Of a DNA stretch of 37,996 nucleotides, positions 1 to 9,496 are shown piece after piece. Both the position numbers and the translations under genes were made by a program. Under the pieces are notes generated by a model. That model was not told the DNA's origin and searched no databases. It saw only the letters and a list, made by a program, of their open reading frames with translations. The stretch's first letter is position 1. Each line of letters starts with the position of its first letter. Source of the stretch: an uncultured virus (IMG/VR IMGVR_UViG_3300021960_000038) (Duplodnaviria > Heunggongvirae > Uroviricota > Caudoviricetes); the IMG/VR virus record IMGVR_UViG_3300021960_000038; one strand, given 5' to 3'.

Positions 1-216
1 TTCTTCACTTGTATAATCGTTCCAATCTAGCAATGACATAGATTCATCTTTCTTATTAGTTGATGGAGATGGATCGTATTCTGATCGCATTCTAGTTTGA
101 CCAGCATCTTTACTAAAGTGAAATTGACTGATTAAAGAATCACACTGTTCTAGTGTTAAGGCATTCTCATAGATACCTATGTGATCTCTATATTCTATTT
201 TACAATTTGGGTTCAT
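1..216 (-). CDS. Putative 2OG-Fe(II) oxygenase, N-terminal part (runs off the window)
   Basis: Hand translation MNPNCKIEYRDHIGIYENALTLEQCDSLISQF...; ATGA overlap with the upstream ORF; IGIYENAL..E.CD.LI resembles prolyl-hydroxylase-like phage oxygenase N-termini. Catalytic motifs lie outside the window. Confidence 0.55.
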   Translation of the reverse strand, partial: MNPNCKIEYRDHIGIYENALTLEQCDSLISQFHFSKDAGQTRMRSEYDPSPSTNKKDESMSLLDWNDYTSEE

Positions 217-929
217 GTCATTAACTCTGCGAATTCTGCCAATGCTATCTTCTCTTCTGTTGATATTTCAAAGTGTTTAGATTTTTTAGTTAGTGGCATA
301 TATGATATTGGTTCCTCTAATTCTATATCAAGTAATTGTAAAGCAGAAGGAACATCATCTTTAAAGTCCTCATGATTTAACACTACATGATTAGGAAACT
401 TTGCTCTTATAGATTTATCTCTATCATGGAAAACAAGAACTATGTTTACAATTTCTTTTAGTCTTTCTAGTCTTTCATCTATACTCCAAGAAAAGAATTC
501 TTCTTTCCTTGATCCTGTAACAGGAGGAGTGGCAAAGTTTCTTTGCTTATTAATACCATAATCATGAAAGTATGTGAGACTGGATATGTAAAAACTTGTT
601 AACAACTCGAGTTTATCTCTATCTATAAAGATTGGTATGTAATTGTTATTGTGAACAAATGTTTCTAGGAAAGGCATATGCTCGGAAAGCACATTACATG
701 CTTCAATTTTAAAAGGTGGGAAATCTTCAGGGCAATCTTCAAAGAATGTGCCTATGCCTGTTCTGTATAATGACACACCTCTGCCATTACACCACATCAT
801 CTCATCTATATCTAGTTTTCTATACTTAGATTCCCAAACTGATTTAAGCAGTTCTTGTAGAACTACTGATGATGTTCTTGGTTTAGCAAAAACTGCGTAT
901 CTAGGCAACTTGATATTCTTTGTCGGCAT
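213..929 (-). CDS. Sulfotransferase-like protein
   Basis: FAKPRTSS (5'-PSB-like loop) and IFIDRDKLELLTS (3'-PB-like R..S); GAGG SD before ATG 929 (track start 941). Confidence 0.55.
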   Translation of the reverse strand: MPTKNIKLPRYAVFAKPRTSSVVLQELLKSVWESKYRKLDIDEMMWCNGRGVSLYRTGIGTFFEDCPEDFPPFKIEACNVLSEHMPFLETFVHNNNYIPIFIDRDKLELLTSFYISSLTYFHDYGINKQRNFATPPVTGSRKEEFFSWSIDERLERLKEIVNIVLVFHDRDKSIRAKFPNHVVLNHEDFKDDVPSALQLLDIELEEPISYMPLTKKSKHFEISTEEKIALAEFAELMT

Positions 930-991
930 ATCTTTCCTCATCCCCTGTTTGTTGACACTCTATACATGTGTCATTATTCAAAGGACTAGTA

Positions 992-999
992 TATTTATA
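992..999 (-). promoter_or_regulatory. T4-type late promoter TATAAATA
   Basis: Exact consensus in the intergenic gap upstream of the sulfotransferase-like gene. Confidence 0.65.
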
Positions 1000-1006
1000 T
1001 CCGCAA

Positions 1007-1246
1007 TCAAGACATTCGTTTTCGTTTCTCTTTTCGGTCATGATAATCTCTCACAGCATATACTCGCAACCATGCGAATACAGTCATCATTAATGTAGTG
1101 TATGTGCCTATCCAGAAAGCACTTGTTATGTCCCAATGGTCAATAATAACCCATAAGCACAAAAGTTGCAAAGGATAATTAATAACAGTGCCAGAAAAAA
1201 CAATCCATGATGTTTCTCTGGCAACTGACCTTTCACGTGTATTCAA
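1007..1246 (-). CDS. Small membrane protein (two hydrophobic segments)
   Basis: 79 aa; start overlaps the stop of the HAD gene. Confidence 0.7.
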   Translation of the reverse strand: MNTRERSVARETSWIVFSGTVINYPLQLLCLWVIIDHWDITSAFWIGTYTTLMMTVFAWLRVYAVRDYHDRKEKRKRMS

Positions 1247-1779
1247 AAAAGTTCCTTTTGATTAGGATCATAATCAGGATCAAGCATAGACTTGATTTGA
1301 TCAATGGTGGATTTAGAATCTCCCGAGATATGTAAGATTCCTAACCCACCGACATCGGTAAATGATTTGATGTTTGATTTCCTGTCATCAACTAACAGAT
1401 ATCCAGGTTGAGCAAATCCTCTTTTAGATCCACCCTTTTCTACGCAGTTAACAATCATGTTCGGATCAACCCATTCGTCAATCCATTCTCTTTTGTCTTT
1501 AACCACGATCTCTCTATTGATAGAACCTGTTGCTGTTAATATCTCAGTTCGGATACCATGACTATCTTTAAGTGATCTGCAGAACTGCACCAATTCAAAC
1601 ATATCTGGATAAACATCCAAATGTCTGAATAATCTATGAGAAGTCAGTTTTTCTTTTTGAGCATCATATGCCAAATGACCTTGATGGTCATTTTCTATTA
1701 CTACTGAAAGCATGTTCTCGACTCCAGATTTGAAGTCAGCGAGTACTCCATCCATATCTAAGTAGATAACTTTAATCAT
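1243..1779 (-). CDS. HAD-family 5'(3')-deoxyribonucleotidase-like hydrolase
   Basis: YLDMDGVLADF motif I, LTAT motif II, LLVDD motif IV. Confidence 0.85.
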   Translation of the reverse strand: MIKVIYLDMDGVLADFKSGVENMLSVVIENDHQGHLAYDAQKEKLTSHRLFRHLDVYPDMFELVQFCRSLKDSHGIRTEILTATGSINREIVVKDKREWIDEWVDPNMIVNCVEKGGSKRGFAQPGYLLVDDRKSNIKSFTDVGGLGILHISGDSKSTIDQIKSMLDPDYDPNQKELF

Positions 1780-1964
1780 AAGACCATGATACCTAAGTCA
1801 AACATAATGACTGCTAGTAAGAAACCTGATGCAAACAAGTAAATGCCAAAGGCAATTTGTAGCATCTTATTGGTTTTATTGATCTCACTATCAATCGCTC
1901 TCAACTTTTTGATAGTCTTATCAAAGTAGTCTTGGTTTAATTTTGTTATTTCAATTTCTTTCAT
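1776..1964 (-). CDS. Hypothetical protein with C-terminal TM helix
   Basis: AGGAG SD before ATG 1964 (MKEIEI...); ATGA coupling to the HAD gene. Confidence 0.65.
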   Translation of the reverse strand: MKEIEITKLNQDYFDKTIKKLRAIDSEINKTNKMLQIAFGIYLFASGFLLAVIMFDLGIMVL

Positions 1965-2115
1965 TTTCACTCCTACATAATAAATTAAAAAAGGGTGTGA
2001 GGTTAACAGTGGCATTTTGCCCTAGTCCGAAGACGCCAGAAACCTCACTTTTGATTCTTGATTGATCCCGATCCCATAGCAGACTAGCAATTTCCGTTAT
2101 CAGTTTATCAATCAT
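1951..2115 (-). CDS. Putative leaderless 54-aa ORF overlapping a structured RNA
   Basis: MIDKLITEIASLLWDRDQ...; ATG 7 nt downstream of -10 TATGAT; stop overlaps the next gene. Confidence 0.35.
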   Translation of the reverse strand: MIDKLITEIASLLWDRDQSRIKSEVSGVFGLGQNATVNLTPFFNLLCRSENERN

Positions 2116-2122
2116 CAAGTTA

Positions 2123-2158
2123 ATCATACTAAAAAAGTACCAGTGTGGTAAACCCTTT
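2123..2158 (-). promoter_or_regulatory. Sigma70-like early promoter, class B
   Basis: TTTACC-N18-TATGAT, with TTTTTTAG before the -10 and an A-tract upstream; matches copies at 2413-2442 and 22421-22450. Confidence 0.7.
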
Positions 2159-2162
2159 TTTA

Positions 2163-2378
2163 TTAAAAGGGACCATCAGGTAATTCTTCAAATCTTTTGT
2201 TAACGAGTAGATCAATAACTTTATTTCTATCAGTCATTGCTACTCTCATATCGAAAGATTCACACAATCCAGGTCTGCTAACACCACCATCTAATTCTCT
2301 TAGAATGTTTCCAGTGTTCATTTCTGAGACCTCGTCGAAGATTCTTTCGAGGGTTGTTTCATTTGCTAAGTTTGACAT
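2163..2378 (-). CDS. Hypothetical protein
   Basis: AAGGAG SD before ATG 2378 (MSNLANETT...); has its own promoter. Confidence 0.75.
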   Translation of the reverse strand: MSNLANETTLERIFDEVSEMNTGNILRELDGGVSRPGLCESFDMRVAMTDRNKVIDLLVNKRFEELPDGPF

Positions 2379-2412
2379 ATTCACTCCTTTAATGTTTTTT
2401 CCTAGTATTATA

Positions 2413-2449
2413 ATCATACTAAAAAACGAGGGGTGTCGTAAAGTCTTTT
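2413..2449 (-). promoter_or_regulatory. Sigma70-like early promoter, class B
   Basis: TTTACG-N18-TATGAT with TTTTTTAG before the -10. Confidence 0.7.
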
Positions 2450-3030
2450 TACAAATTATTTTTGTAGTGTTCTACGATTGATCTAAAATTACCAAAGAAT
2501 CTGAGGGATATGAACTTGGCTGGATTTTGTTTGTCTAATGGTACTGTATGCTGCAGAGAACCATCGAATATAAAGGGTTTGTATTTCTCAACTTTGAGTG
2601 AATGTATTTTGCCAGATTTGCTTTTAACTTGAAAAGTCCAATCTGAACTTAATGGTAAGATTAATGGATCAGTGAATTCATCTATACCATTAGGATGATA
2701 ATCGGAATGCCATTGAACTTGATTTCTCCAACCATATTCAGACCAAGCAAAATCGGTATCTAGATTAAAGTATTTCTTAAGAAAGGAAGATACATCATTT
2801 GAATGAAGCATAGGAAAAGCATCGATGTTTGCCTTCACCATGAAAGGAGGTTCAATGGGAAAGTTATCTGATGCTGTAAGAAAGTAATTTGTAGAATAAT
2901 AAGCATCAGGTTGGAATTTTAACTCAGGCACACTTCTACCTGCATAAGCATCATAGAAATCTGTCAATGATGAAGTTCCTTCTGATATGAGAGTATCTAC
3001 TTCTTCGTCACTTGGCGAGATTGTTTTCAT
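2449..3030 (-). CDS. Putative 2OG-Fe(II)/cupin-fold oxygenase
   Basis: WHSD (HxD), distal FDGSLQHTV His and terminal ISLRF; start taken at MKTISP, which overlaps the resolvase end. Confidence 0.5.
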   Translation of the reverse strand: MKTISPSDEEVDTLISEGTSSLTDFYDAYAGRSVPELKFQPDAYYSTNYFLTASDNFPIEPPFMVKANIDAFPMLHSNDVSSFLKKYFNLDTDFAWSEYGWRNQVQWHSDYHPNGIDEFTDPLILPLSSDWTFQVKSKSGKIHSLKVEKYKPFIFDGSLQHTVPLDKQNPAKFISLRFFGNFRSIVEHYKNNL

Positions 3031-3589
3031 CACGCATAGACAGTTCGCTTTGTCTAATAAGTTCGCTATATCCATATTTTGCTAAGTAAAATGAGTCAAC
3101 GATATCAGAAATAGGATGTTCTACTTCTGTATCTAATAGTTTTTTGAGATCTATGCCTTCTAGTTCTGTAAACTTTTCATACATTAGATCTTTGTTTGCA
3201 TTCCCTTTGTTAGTAGCAAATTTCTTTATCTTTGTAGGTGCTACTACTATAAAGGGAATATTCGTCTTAAACAGTTTGTGTTTTAGCAGTCCAGTGTTTT
3301 CAGCAATGTGAAACACTCGTCCTTTACTTCCGAAACTGTAGTCCTCTAGCACAACTAGATCAGGATTATAACAAAGCACTTGAGATAGTGCCCATGTTGA
3401 TATCCAATCGAATCGCTCCTCTTGTGAGACATAATCAGGTTTTGTATCCCCAATAATGTTATTCGCGAATGGTGGGTTTTTTTTATCTATAAGATAATGG
3501 AAGGTGCAGTTTTCAAAATTAAACTCACCACCTGTATAACCACAGATTGCTGGACAACCCATGGCATAGTCTATGCCAACAATATTCAT
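3008..3589 (-). CDS. ruvC: RuvC-like Holliday junction resolvase
   Basis: IVGIDY, VLEDYSF, PTKIKKFATNKGNANK, DIVDSF: RNase H-fold acidic residues. Confidence 0.8.
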   Translation of the reverse strand: MNIVGIDYAMGCPAICGYTGGEFNFENCTFHYLIDKKNPPFANNIIGDTKPDYVSQEERFDWISTWALSQVLCYNPDLVVLEDYSFGSKGRVFHIAENTGLLKHKLFKTNIPFIVVAPTKIKKFATNKGNANKDLMYEKFTELEGIDLKKLLDTEVEHPISDIVDSFYLAKYGYSELIRQSELSMRDENNLAK

Positions 3590-3769
3590 CTACTCGTCGT
3601 AATAACTTTCGTTCTCGTCGACTCCGTCCTCCAGATCTAGTTGGCTGCCACAGAATGGGCAAAAATGTAATTGATAAGGTAATCTAAGATTGTGTTCAAT
3701 AGAACAATCAGCATCACATTCATCACAATGTATAAGATATCGCGAATATGTGTCTGTTAATGATACCAT
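3590..3769 (-). CDS. Small zinc-ribbon protein (59 aa, absent from track)
   Basis: MVSLTDTYSRYLIHCDECDADC...FCPFCGSQLDLEDGVDENESYYDE; CxxC + CPFC; TAATG coupling; fills the gap exactly. Confidence 0.8.
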   Translation of the reverse strand: MVSLTDTYSRYLIHCDECDADCSIEHNLRLPYQLHFCPFCGSQLDLEDGVDENESYYDE

Positions 3770-4023
3770 TAAGTTCTTTGCGTTTTATTGATTTGACCGA
3801 TTAAAGCATCATAACCACCTATCTTTTCACCTTTGAAAATAATTTGTGGGAATGTTCTTGCTTCTGGAAACTCTTCAAAGAGTTGCTCTCTGGTAAAGTC
3901 CTCGTCCAGTTTCTTAACTTCTATGGTAAATCCTTGTGATCTTGCAGCATCTTCTGCTCTTACACAATAAGGGCAGTTGTCTTTACTATAGATCACAACT
4001 TCTGCTTGTTTTTTCTTAGGCAT
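3769..4023 (-). CDS. nrdC: Glutaredoxin
   Basis: CPYC active site, TFPQI, IGGY; next to nrdAB. Confidence 0.92.
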   Translation of the reverse strand: MPKKKQAEVVIYSKDNCPYCVRAEDAARSQGFTIEVKKLDEDFTREQLFEEFPEARTFPQIIFKGEKIGGYDALIGQINKTQRT

Positions 4024-4246
4024 TTTTGACCTCTACTATTCTTCTAATCGTTGTCACATCATTGTAGTCACCAAATGCAGTATAGTCTCTTACAACTTTT
4101 TCTTCAGTTAGATAACCATCAACCACTCTTGTGGTAATAATCTCTCTGCGTAAAACATCTTTTGTATCTTCAATACCATTAGGGAATGCCACACTAGTCA
4201 TTGGTCCTTCTTGAATGTTTACTACCTTGTCATATTCTCTGCTCAT
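4016..4246 (-). CDS. Hypothetical protein
   Basis: 76-aa ORF overlapping both neighbours. Confidence 0.7.
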   Translation of the reverse strand: MSREYDKVVNIQEGPMTSVAFPNGIEDTKDVLRREIITTRVVDGYLTEEKVVRDYTAFGDYNDVTTIRRIVEVKNA

Positions 4247-5340
4247 AATTTAAATCCTTTAAAAGTTTCATTTGTTACATCTTGTTTAATACCACCCATT
4301 ACATAAGACTCTATCTCAGTTTCCTGTGGAGCATTTTGTAATCCTCTACTAGATAACCAATGTTGTGTCCATGGTAATGGATTGTTGTTTTGTGGTATGT
4401 TGTATATAGCATCCATACCCAATGCTCTTAATCGCTTGTTAGCAATAAACTCTACATATGATCCAAGAAGGGAAGCACTCAGTCCTATCATACTTCCCTT
4501 TTGGAACAAAAATTCTGCCCATTCTTTTTCCTGATCTACTGCTTCCTCATACATTTTGTATACAGTATCTTGTTGATCTTTAATAACTTTTAACATAAGT
4601 TTGTCATTCTCAGACTTCATGTAGTTCTTAATGATATGCTGTGATACTGCCAGATGTTGAGATTCATCTCTGGCGATCAATGATATAATCTTCGCTGATC
4701 CTTCCATGAGTCGCAGTTCCCCAAATCCAAAAGTACAGGCAAAAGAAACAAAAAATCTAATTCCTTCTAAAATGTTTATACTTATGAGTGTTAGATATAA
4801 CTTGGTGTACAACTCTTCTTTATCTATCTTATGTCCAATATCAAATCTTTTTGCTGTGTCTATAAAATCATCGTATGCTTTTGTTACACTTTTTGCTCGT
4901 TTGAGTATTGCTTCCTCTTCTAGTATGGTATCAAATACATCACTAGGATTAGGATATAGATTCTTTATCATATATGTATACGATCTAGAATGTATAGTTT
5001 CCATAAAGTCCCAAGCAATAATACATGCTTCTAATTCAGGCAGTGTAGTGTAAGGCAACAATGCTATTGCTGGACCTCTACCTTGTACACTGTCTAACAA
5101 TGTTTGGTATTTAAGATTAGAAGTGAAGATGTGCTTTTGAGCATCATTCAGTTGCTGATAATCATTTCTATCTTTTTGTAATGATACTTCTTCTGGTCTC
5201 CAAAAGTATCCTAATTGTGTTTGCGTGAGTTTATCAAAGATTGGATATTTGAATTCATCGAACCTCTGAGTATTAAGTGCTTCGCCAAAGAACATCGGTT
5301 CTTTTAGGAAGTTGACTTTTTTTCTGTTAAATATCGTCAT
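4243..5340 (-). CDS. nrdB: Ribonucleotide reductase class Ia beta subunit
   Basis: FWRPEEV, LLDSVQGR, ETIHSRSY (tyrosyl radical), EGIRF, RDESQH, APQETE. Confidence 0.97.
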   Translation of the reverse strand: MTIFNRKKVNFLKEPMFFGEALNTQRFDEFKYPIFDKLTQTQLGYFWRPEEVSLQKDRNDYQQLNDAQKHIFTSNLKYQTLLDSVQGRGPAIALLPYTTLPELEACIIAWDFMETIHSRSYTYMIKNLYPNPSDVFDTILEEEAILKRAKSVTKAYDDFIDTAKRFDIGHKIDKEELYTKLYLTLISINILEGIRFFVSFACTFGFGELRLMEGSAKIISLIARDESQHLAVSQHIIKNYMKSENDKLMLKVIKDQQDTVYKMYEEAVDQEKEWAEFLFQKGSMIGLSASLLGSYVEFIANKRLRALGMDAIYNIPQNNNPLPWTQHWLSSRGLQNAPQETEIESYVMGGIKQDVTNETFKGFKL

Positions 5341-6205
5341 GTAATATTGCTTCGTTAGTATGAGGATCTGTTATGTTTGCACATGCACGCATAGCAACCT
5401 CACCTCTTTTATTCAGTTCTGCTCCATATTTGTTTTTTCTTTGTTCTGCTATCGTAGAATGGTCATGATCATCATAGATACTTCGTCTACCATCAAATGC
5501 TAATTCATTGCAACCATTAAATAGAGGACCATTCTTATCAACATAGTGAGTAAAAATATGTCTAGAATATTTGCCGACAAGTTTATCTCTCCAGTGTATA
5601 GCATTACATCCTTGATATGCTAATACATCTCCAGGTTCAAGATAGACTCTCGCAGCACCCATCTTAAATCTTTCTTCAAAGTTTTTACCTTGTACTGTAT
5701 CCCATGCTTCTTGGTAATCAACACCCACATAATTTTGATCTGCTAATACCCATATTGACCATGGTTTCTTGTCATCTGTTTCATATTCTATGGGGAATGT
5801 CATAGACACTTCACAACTTGGTCTATCTGTATGCCCAAATAATTTAGCATCTCTAAAGTATGTTCTAGCAAAACTGTAAGTTGGTACTAGTTCTAATTCT
5901 AATGCATCTTGTAAAGGTTCTTTCAACATTAGCAACATTGCTTCGCCAAAAGGAACATTTGCCATATGCTCTGATACATATTCTATTTGTTTACCAGCAC
6001 CATCAGGTGTATCTACAACTGATCGTTCTTGTTGCTTAGAACTACCCCATTCTTGGGAATTTTCAGTTCTCAACCAACAGTGCCTTGCGAATTCTATCAT
6101 TCCCTGAGGAATAAAGTTTCTAAGAACTACAAATCTATTGCGTCTAAAGGTTTCGGCAGTAGGTGTTATTCCTTCTTTGTTCAATACTCTAGATATTGCA
6201 CGCAT
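5327..6205 (-). CDS. 2OG-Fe(II) oxygenase family protein between nrdA and nrdB
   Basis: PTYSFARTY, HTDRPSCEVS (HxD), PGDVLAYQG, HWRD. Confidence 0.8.
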   Translation of the reverse strand: MRAISRVLNKEGITPTAETFRRNRFVVLRNFIPQGMIEFARHCWLRTENSQEWGSSKQQERSVVDTPDGAGKQIEYVSEHMANVPFGEAMLLMLKEPLQDALELELVPTYSFARTYFRDAKLFGHTDRPSCEVSMTFPIEYETDDKKPWSIWVLADQNYVGVDYQEAWDTVQGKNFEERFKMGAARVYLEPGDVLAYQGCNAIHWRDKLVGKYSRHIFTHYVDKNGPLFNGCNELAFDGRRSIYDDHDHSTIAEQRKNKYGAELNKRGEVAMRACANITDPHTNEAILHDDI

Positions 6206-8495
6206 CACATTCTTCCTGTTCAAATGGGTCTTCAGAAGCAGGTGTATTTATAACCTCTACTTCTTCAACCACACTATCATCTGTCTTCATATCATAAGTG
6301 TTTTGATAATATGAAGTTTTCCATCCATACTTATATGTATTGAGTAAGTCAGTTGCCATACTAGAAATAGGTACTTCGTTGTTATCATAGTTCTCAGGAT
6401 TGTATGACCAATTACCTGAAATTGCTTGATCAAAGAACTTCTGCATTACTGCCACCACTTTAATGTACCCATCATTGTTAGGCATATCCCATAGCAAAGT
6501 GTAATAAGACATTAACTTTTTATATCCAGGAACGATTTGTTTCAATGGTCCTTTCTTTGACTTCTTAACAGATAAGAAATCTCTTGGTGGTTCAATACCA
6601 TTTGTCTCATTAGATACTACAGATGATGACTCACTAGGCATTTGTGCTGTAAGTGTAGAATGTCTTAGTCCGTGTTCTTTAATATCTTTTCTTAAAGCAT
6701 TCCAATCACAATTGTACTTGGGTGCTACAAGATCATCAACTTCTTTCTTATAATGATCTATAGGAAGTAATCCCTGACTGTATTTTGTTCTTTCGTATCC
6801 TTCGCATGTACCCTTTTCTTTTGCTAATTCATTAGATGCTTTAAGTAAATGATACTGGAATGATTCGGTAAGATCGTGAACAATTTTCCATGCTTGTGGA
6901 TCATCATACTTAACTTTATGTCTTGCTAAGTAATGAGCAAGACCAATGTATCCTATTCCTAATGATCTTCTAGACTTAGTAGATCGTTCAGCAGCAACGA
7001 CAGGATATCTTTGGTAATCTATAACTTCTTCTAATCCTCGTACTGCCAATTCACATAGATTAGGTAATTCGGAAAGATCATCTTTAAGTGTACCCACATT
7101 AATTGCTGAGAGAATACATAAAGCAATTTCACCCTCTCCATCAATATGTTCTAATGGAACTGTGGGTAAAGTGATCTCTTGACATAGATTACTCATATTG
7201 ACTTTATCTAAGAAAGAACTATGACTGTTAGAGTGATCGATATTCATAATATAGATACGACCTGTTTCTGCTCTTTCTTTGAGCAAATCAGTAATCAGTT
7301 CTCTAGCACTTACTTTCTTTTTGGGTACTGAAGTTGCTCTCTCATACTTCTCATACATCTCGTCAAACTCAGGTGTACCAAAGGCATCGTACAATCCTGG
7401 AACATCATGAGGTGAGAATAGAGTTATCTCACCATCACTTAAGAATCTTTCGTAGAAGAGTTTACTGAGTTGGATACTGTAGTCGAGTTTTCTGACTCGG
7501 TTGTCTTCTGATCCTTTGTTGTTTTTAAGAACGAGGATATCTTCGATTTCAGAATGCCATATAGGGAAATGCACTGTTGCTGAACCACCTCGAACTCCAT
7601 TCTGAGTGCAGCACCGAACTGTTGCTTCAAACTTTTTAAGGAATGGGATAACCCCTGTATGTTGAACCTCTCCTCCTCGAATTTTCGAACCGATCCCACG
7701 GATCCGACCAGCATTGATACCAATTCCTGCCCTTTGAGCCACATAACGACCAACAGCCATATCACTACTAAAGATAGAACCCAAAGTATCGTCAGAATCA
7801 ACAAGAACACATGACGCAAACTGTCTAAGAGGAGTTCGTACCCCTGCCATAATCGGTGTCGGAATATTGATTTTAAATGTGCTAATTGCATCGTAGTACC
7901 TCTTTATGTATGACAACCTCTTTTCTTTAGGATAGTTCTTAAACAATACACAGGCAATACCCATGTACATAAATTGAGGTGTCTCAAAAACTGTGTTATC
8001 TGATCTGTCTTGTACTAGATACTTATCTACCACTTGTCTCAAACCAGCATATGTAAATTCTAGGTCTCTATCATGACGAATGAATGAATCTATTTTTTTC
8101 CATTCTTCATCATCAAAGTAAGTTACTAATGTTGAATCGTAAACACCTTTCTCGATGTTTCTTTCCACTAATTCTTTCATGGGTGGATAGATATCTTGAT
8201 CTTTCCACTTTGTATTAAAGACTTGTTTTCTTATAAGGAATAAGAGTAGTCTGGCAGCAACATACTGATAGTTTGGATTCTCTAATGAGATCAAGTCTGA
8301 TGCTGATTTGATAAGAATGTTTTGAATATCGGTAGATGTAATTCCGTCATAAAACTGAAGACCACTGTTCATCTCTACTTGAGATTCTGATACACCTGTT
8401 ATATCTTTACAGGCAGCAGTTACCATTTTATGTATCTTATCTAGATTAAGTTCCTCTTTCGCTCCGTCTCTTTTAACAATTGAAATCCCTTCCAT
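6189..8495 (-). CDS. nrdA: Ribonucleotide reductase class Ia alpha subunit with ATP cone
   Basis: VKRDG ATP cone, PTPIMAG, SCVL, SNLCQEI, C-terminal CDAC. Confidence 0.98.
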   Translation of the reverse strand: MEGISIVKRDGAKEELNLDKIHKMVTAACKDITGVSESQVEMNSGLQFYDGITSTDIQNILIKSASDLISLENPNYQYVAARLLLFLIRKQVFNTKWKDQDIYPPMKELVERNIEKGVYDSTLVTYFDDEEWKKIDSFIRHDRDLEFTYAGLRQVVDKYLVQDRSDNTVFETPQFMYMGIACVLFKNYPKEKRLSYIKRYYDAISTFKINIPTPIMAGVRTPLRQFASCVLVDSDDTLGSIFSSDMAVGRYVAQRAGIGINAGRIRGIGSKIRGGEVQHTGVIPFLKKFEATVRCCTQNGVRGGSATVHFPIWHSEIEDILVLKNNKGSEDNRVRKLDYSIQLSKLFYERFLSDGEITLFSPHDVPGLYDAFGTPEFDEMYEKYERATSVPKKKVSARELITDLLKERAETGRIYIMNIDHSNSHSSFLDKVNMSNLCQEITLPTVPLEHIDGEGEIALCILSAINVGTLKDDLSELPNLCELAVRGLEEVIDYQRYPVVAAERSTKSRRSLGIGYIGLAHYLARHKVKYDDPQAWKIVHDLTESFQYHLLKASNELAKEKGTCEGYERTKYSQGLLPIDHYKKEVDDLVAPKYNCDWNALRKDIKEHGLRHSTLTAQMPSESSSVVSNETNGIEPPRDFLSVKKSKKGPLKQIVPGYKKLMSYYTLLWDMPNNDGYIKVVAVMQKFFDQAISGNWSYNPENYDNNEVPISSMATDLLNTYKYGWKTSYYQNTYDMKTDDSVVEEVEVINTPASEDPFEQEECDACNI

Positions 8496-9490
8496 TATGT
8501 CCTCTTATATTGCTTTAGTTTTAATTTTGCTGATAGTCCTGAAAAGACATTGTTATTTATAATCTCCATGACTGTATCTATACCAATCGCATTAACCATT
8601 TCATTAATGTCTTTGTAATCGCTGATTCTTTTGTCATCCCATATGACTACCTGCCATCCATTATCGATGACATGCGAAAGTTTATTTAGAATTTCTTTGG
8701 ATCTGGACTCATTATCATAAATGATGATTGCTTGTTCTTTAAGTTCTTCATCTAGTTTTCCAAAGTCAGATCCTGCTACAGCGATGCTGTTAGGCAGGAA
8801 TAAACTATCTATTGGTCCTTCTGTCACATAGATAGTGTTAGATCGATCAATCTTATTTTGATTATAGATAAGTGCTTCGTCATCATCAAACTTCATAGTT
8901 AGATACCTGAGACGACTGTCACCTATAGCACGACCTGTGATGCCTATAAGAGTACCATTAAGAGAGTAGAAAGGCAAGATGATTCTCGCATCATTGCCTA
9001 AGATTCTCTCACGATACTTATCGCATATACTACTTAGTTCTTGAGCATTTCTAATGAACCAAATGTCATCCCACTTGTCTTTAGGAATGTTTCGACTTTC
9101 TAAATAGATTCTTGCTTCATCCACATCCTTCGCTTTTTGGCATATCTTTGACAAAGGGTGTTTGGGTTTGAACTTTGGTTTAAAGGCATGAGATGGTGGT
9201 AGTTTCTGTTCTCTCTTTCCACCATATGCTTCTTTAACAAACTCTTTATAGAGTATCTTGTCTTGTTCTTTTAAGAAGTTTTTAAATCCTGTAGAGTATC
9301 CACAGTTATGACATTTATAAACATAACTATTTTTGTACAAGAAGTGATAACCTCTTGCTTTGTAATCATTCTTATCACTATCGCCACAATATGGGCAACT
9401 ATGGTTAAATAAATCTTCTGTCTTCCATTTAGCATTTTGAAATCTAGTGCTTACCAGACGCAAATACTTTTTCTCTAACCATAATGTCAT
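8495..9490 (-). CDS. gp61: DNA primase (T4 gp61-like)
   Basis: CPYCGDS...CHNC zinc finger, TOPRIM YVTEGPIDSLF, KDINEM. Confidence 0.95.
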   Translation of the reverse strand: MTLWLEKKYLRLVSTRFQNAKWKTEDLFNHSCPYCGDSDKNDYKARGYHFLYKNSYVYKCHNCGYSTGFKNFLKEQDKILYKEFVKEAYGGKREQKLPPSHAFKPKFKPKHPLSKICQKAKDVDEARIYLESRNIPKDKWDDIWFIRNAQELSSICDKYRERILGNDARIILPFYSLNGTLIGITGRAIGDSRLRYLTMKFDDDEALIYNQNKIDRSNTIYVTEGPIDSLFLPNSIAVAGSDFGKLDEELKEQAIIIYDNESRSKEILNKLSHVIDNGWQVVIWDDKRISDYKDINEMVNAIGIDTVMEIINNNVFSGLSAKLKLKQYKRT

Positions 9491-9496
9491 AGATAT

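Noticed and set aside
953..973. Inverted repeat TGACAC-N9-GTGTCA in a late leader
   Set aside because: Only a 6-bp stem, single copy, no U-tract; insufficient to call.
7439..7891. 150-aa alternative-frame ORF inside nrdA (possible intron-encoded nuclease or overprinted gene)
   Set aside because: nrdA is continuous and of normal length, and the ORF has no nuclease motifs; it is a frame shadow.
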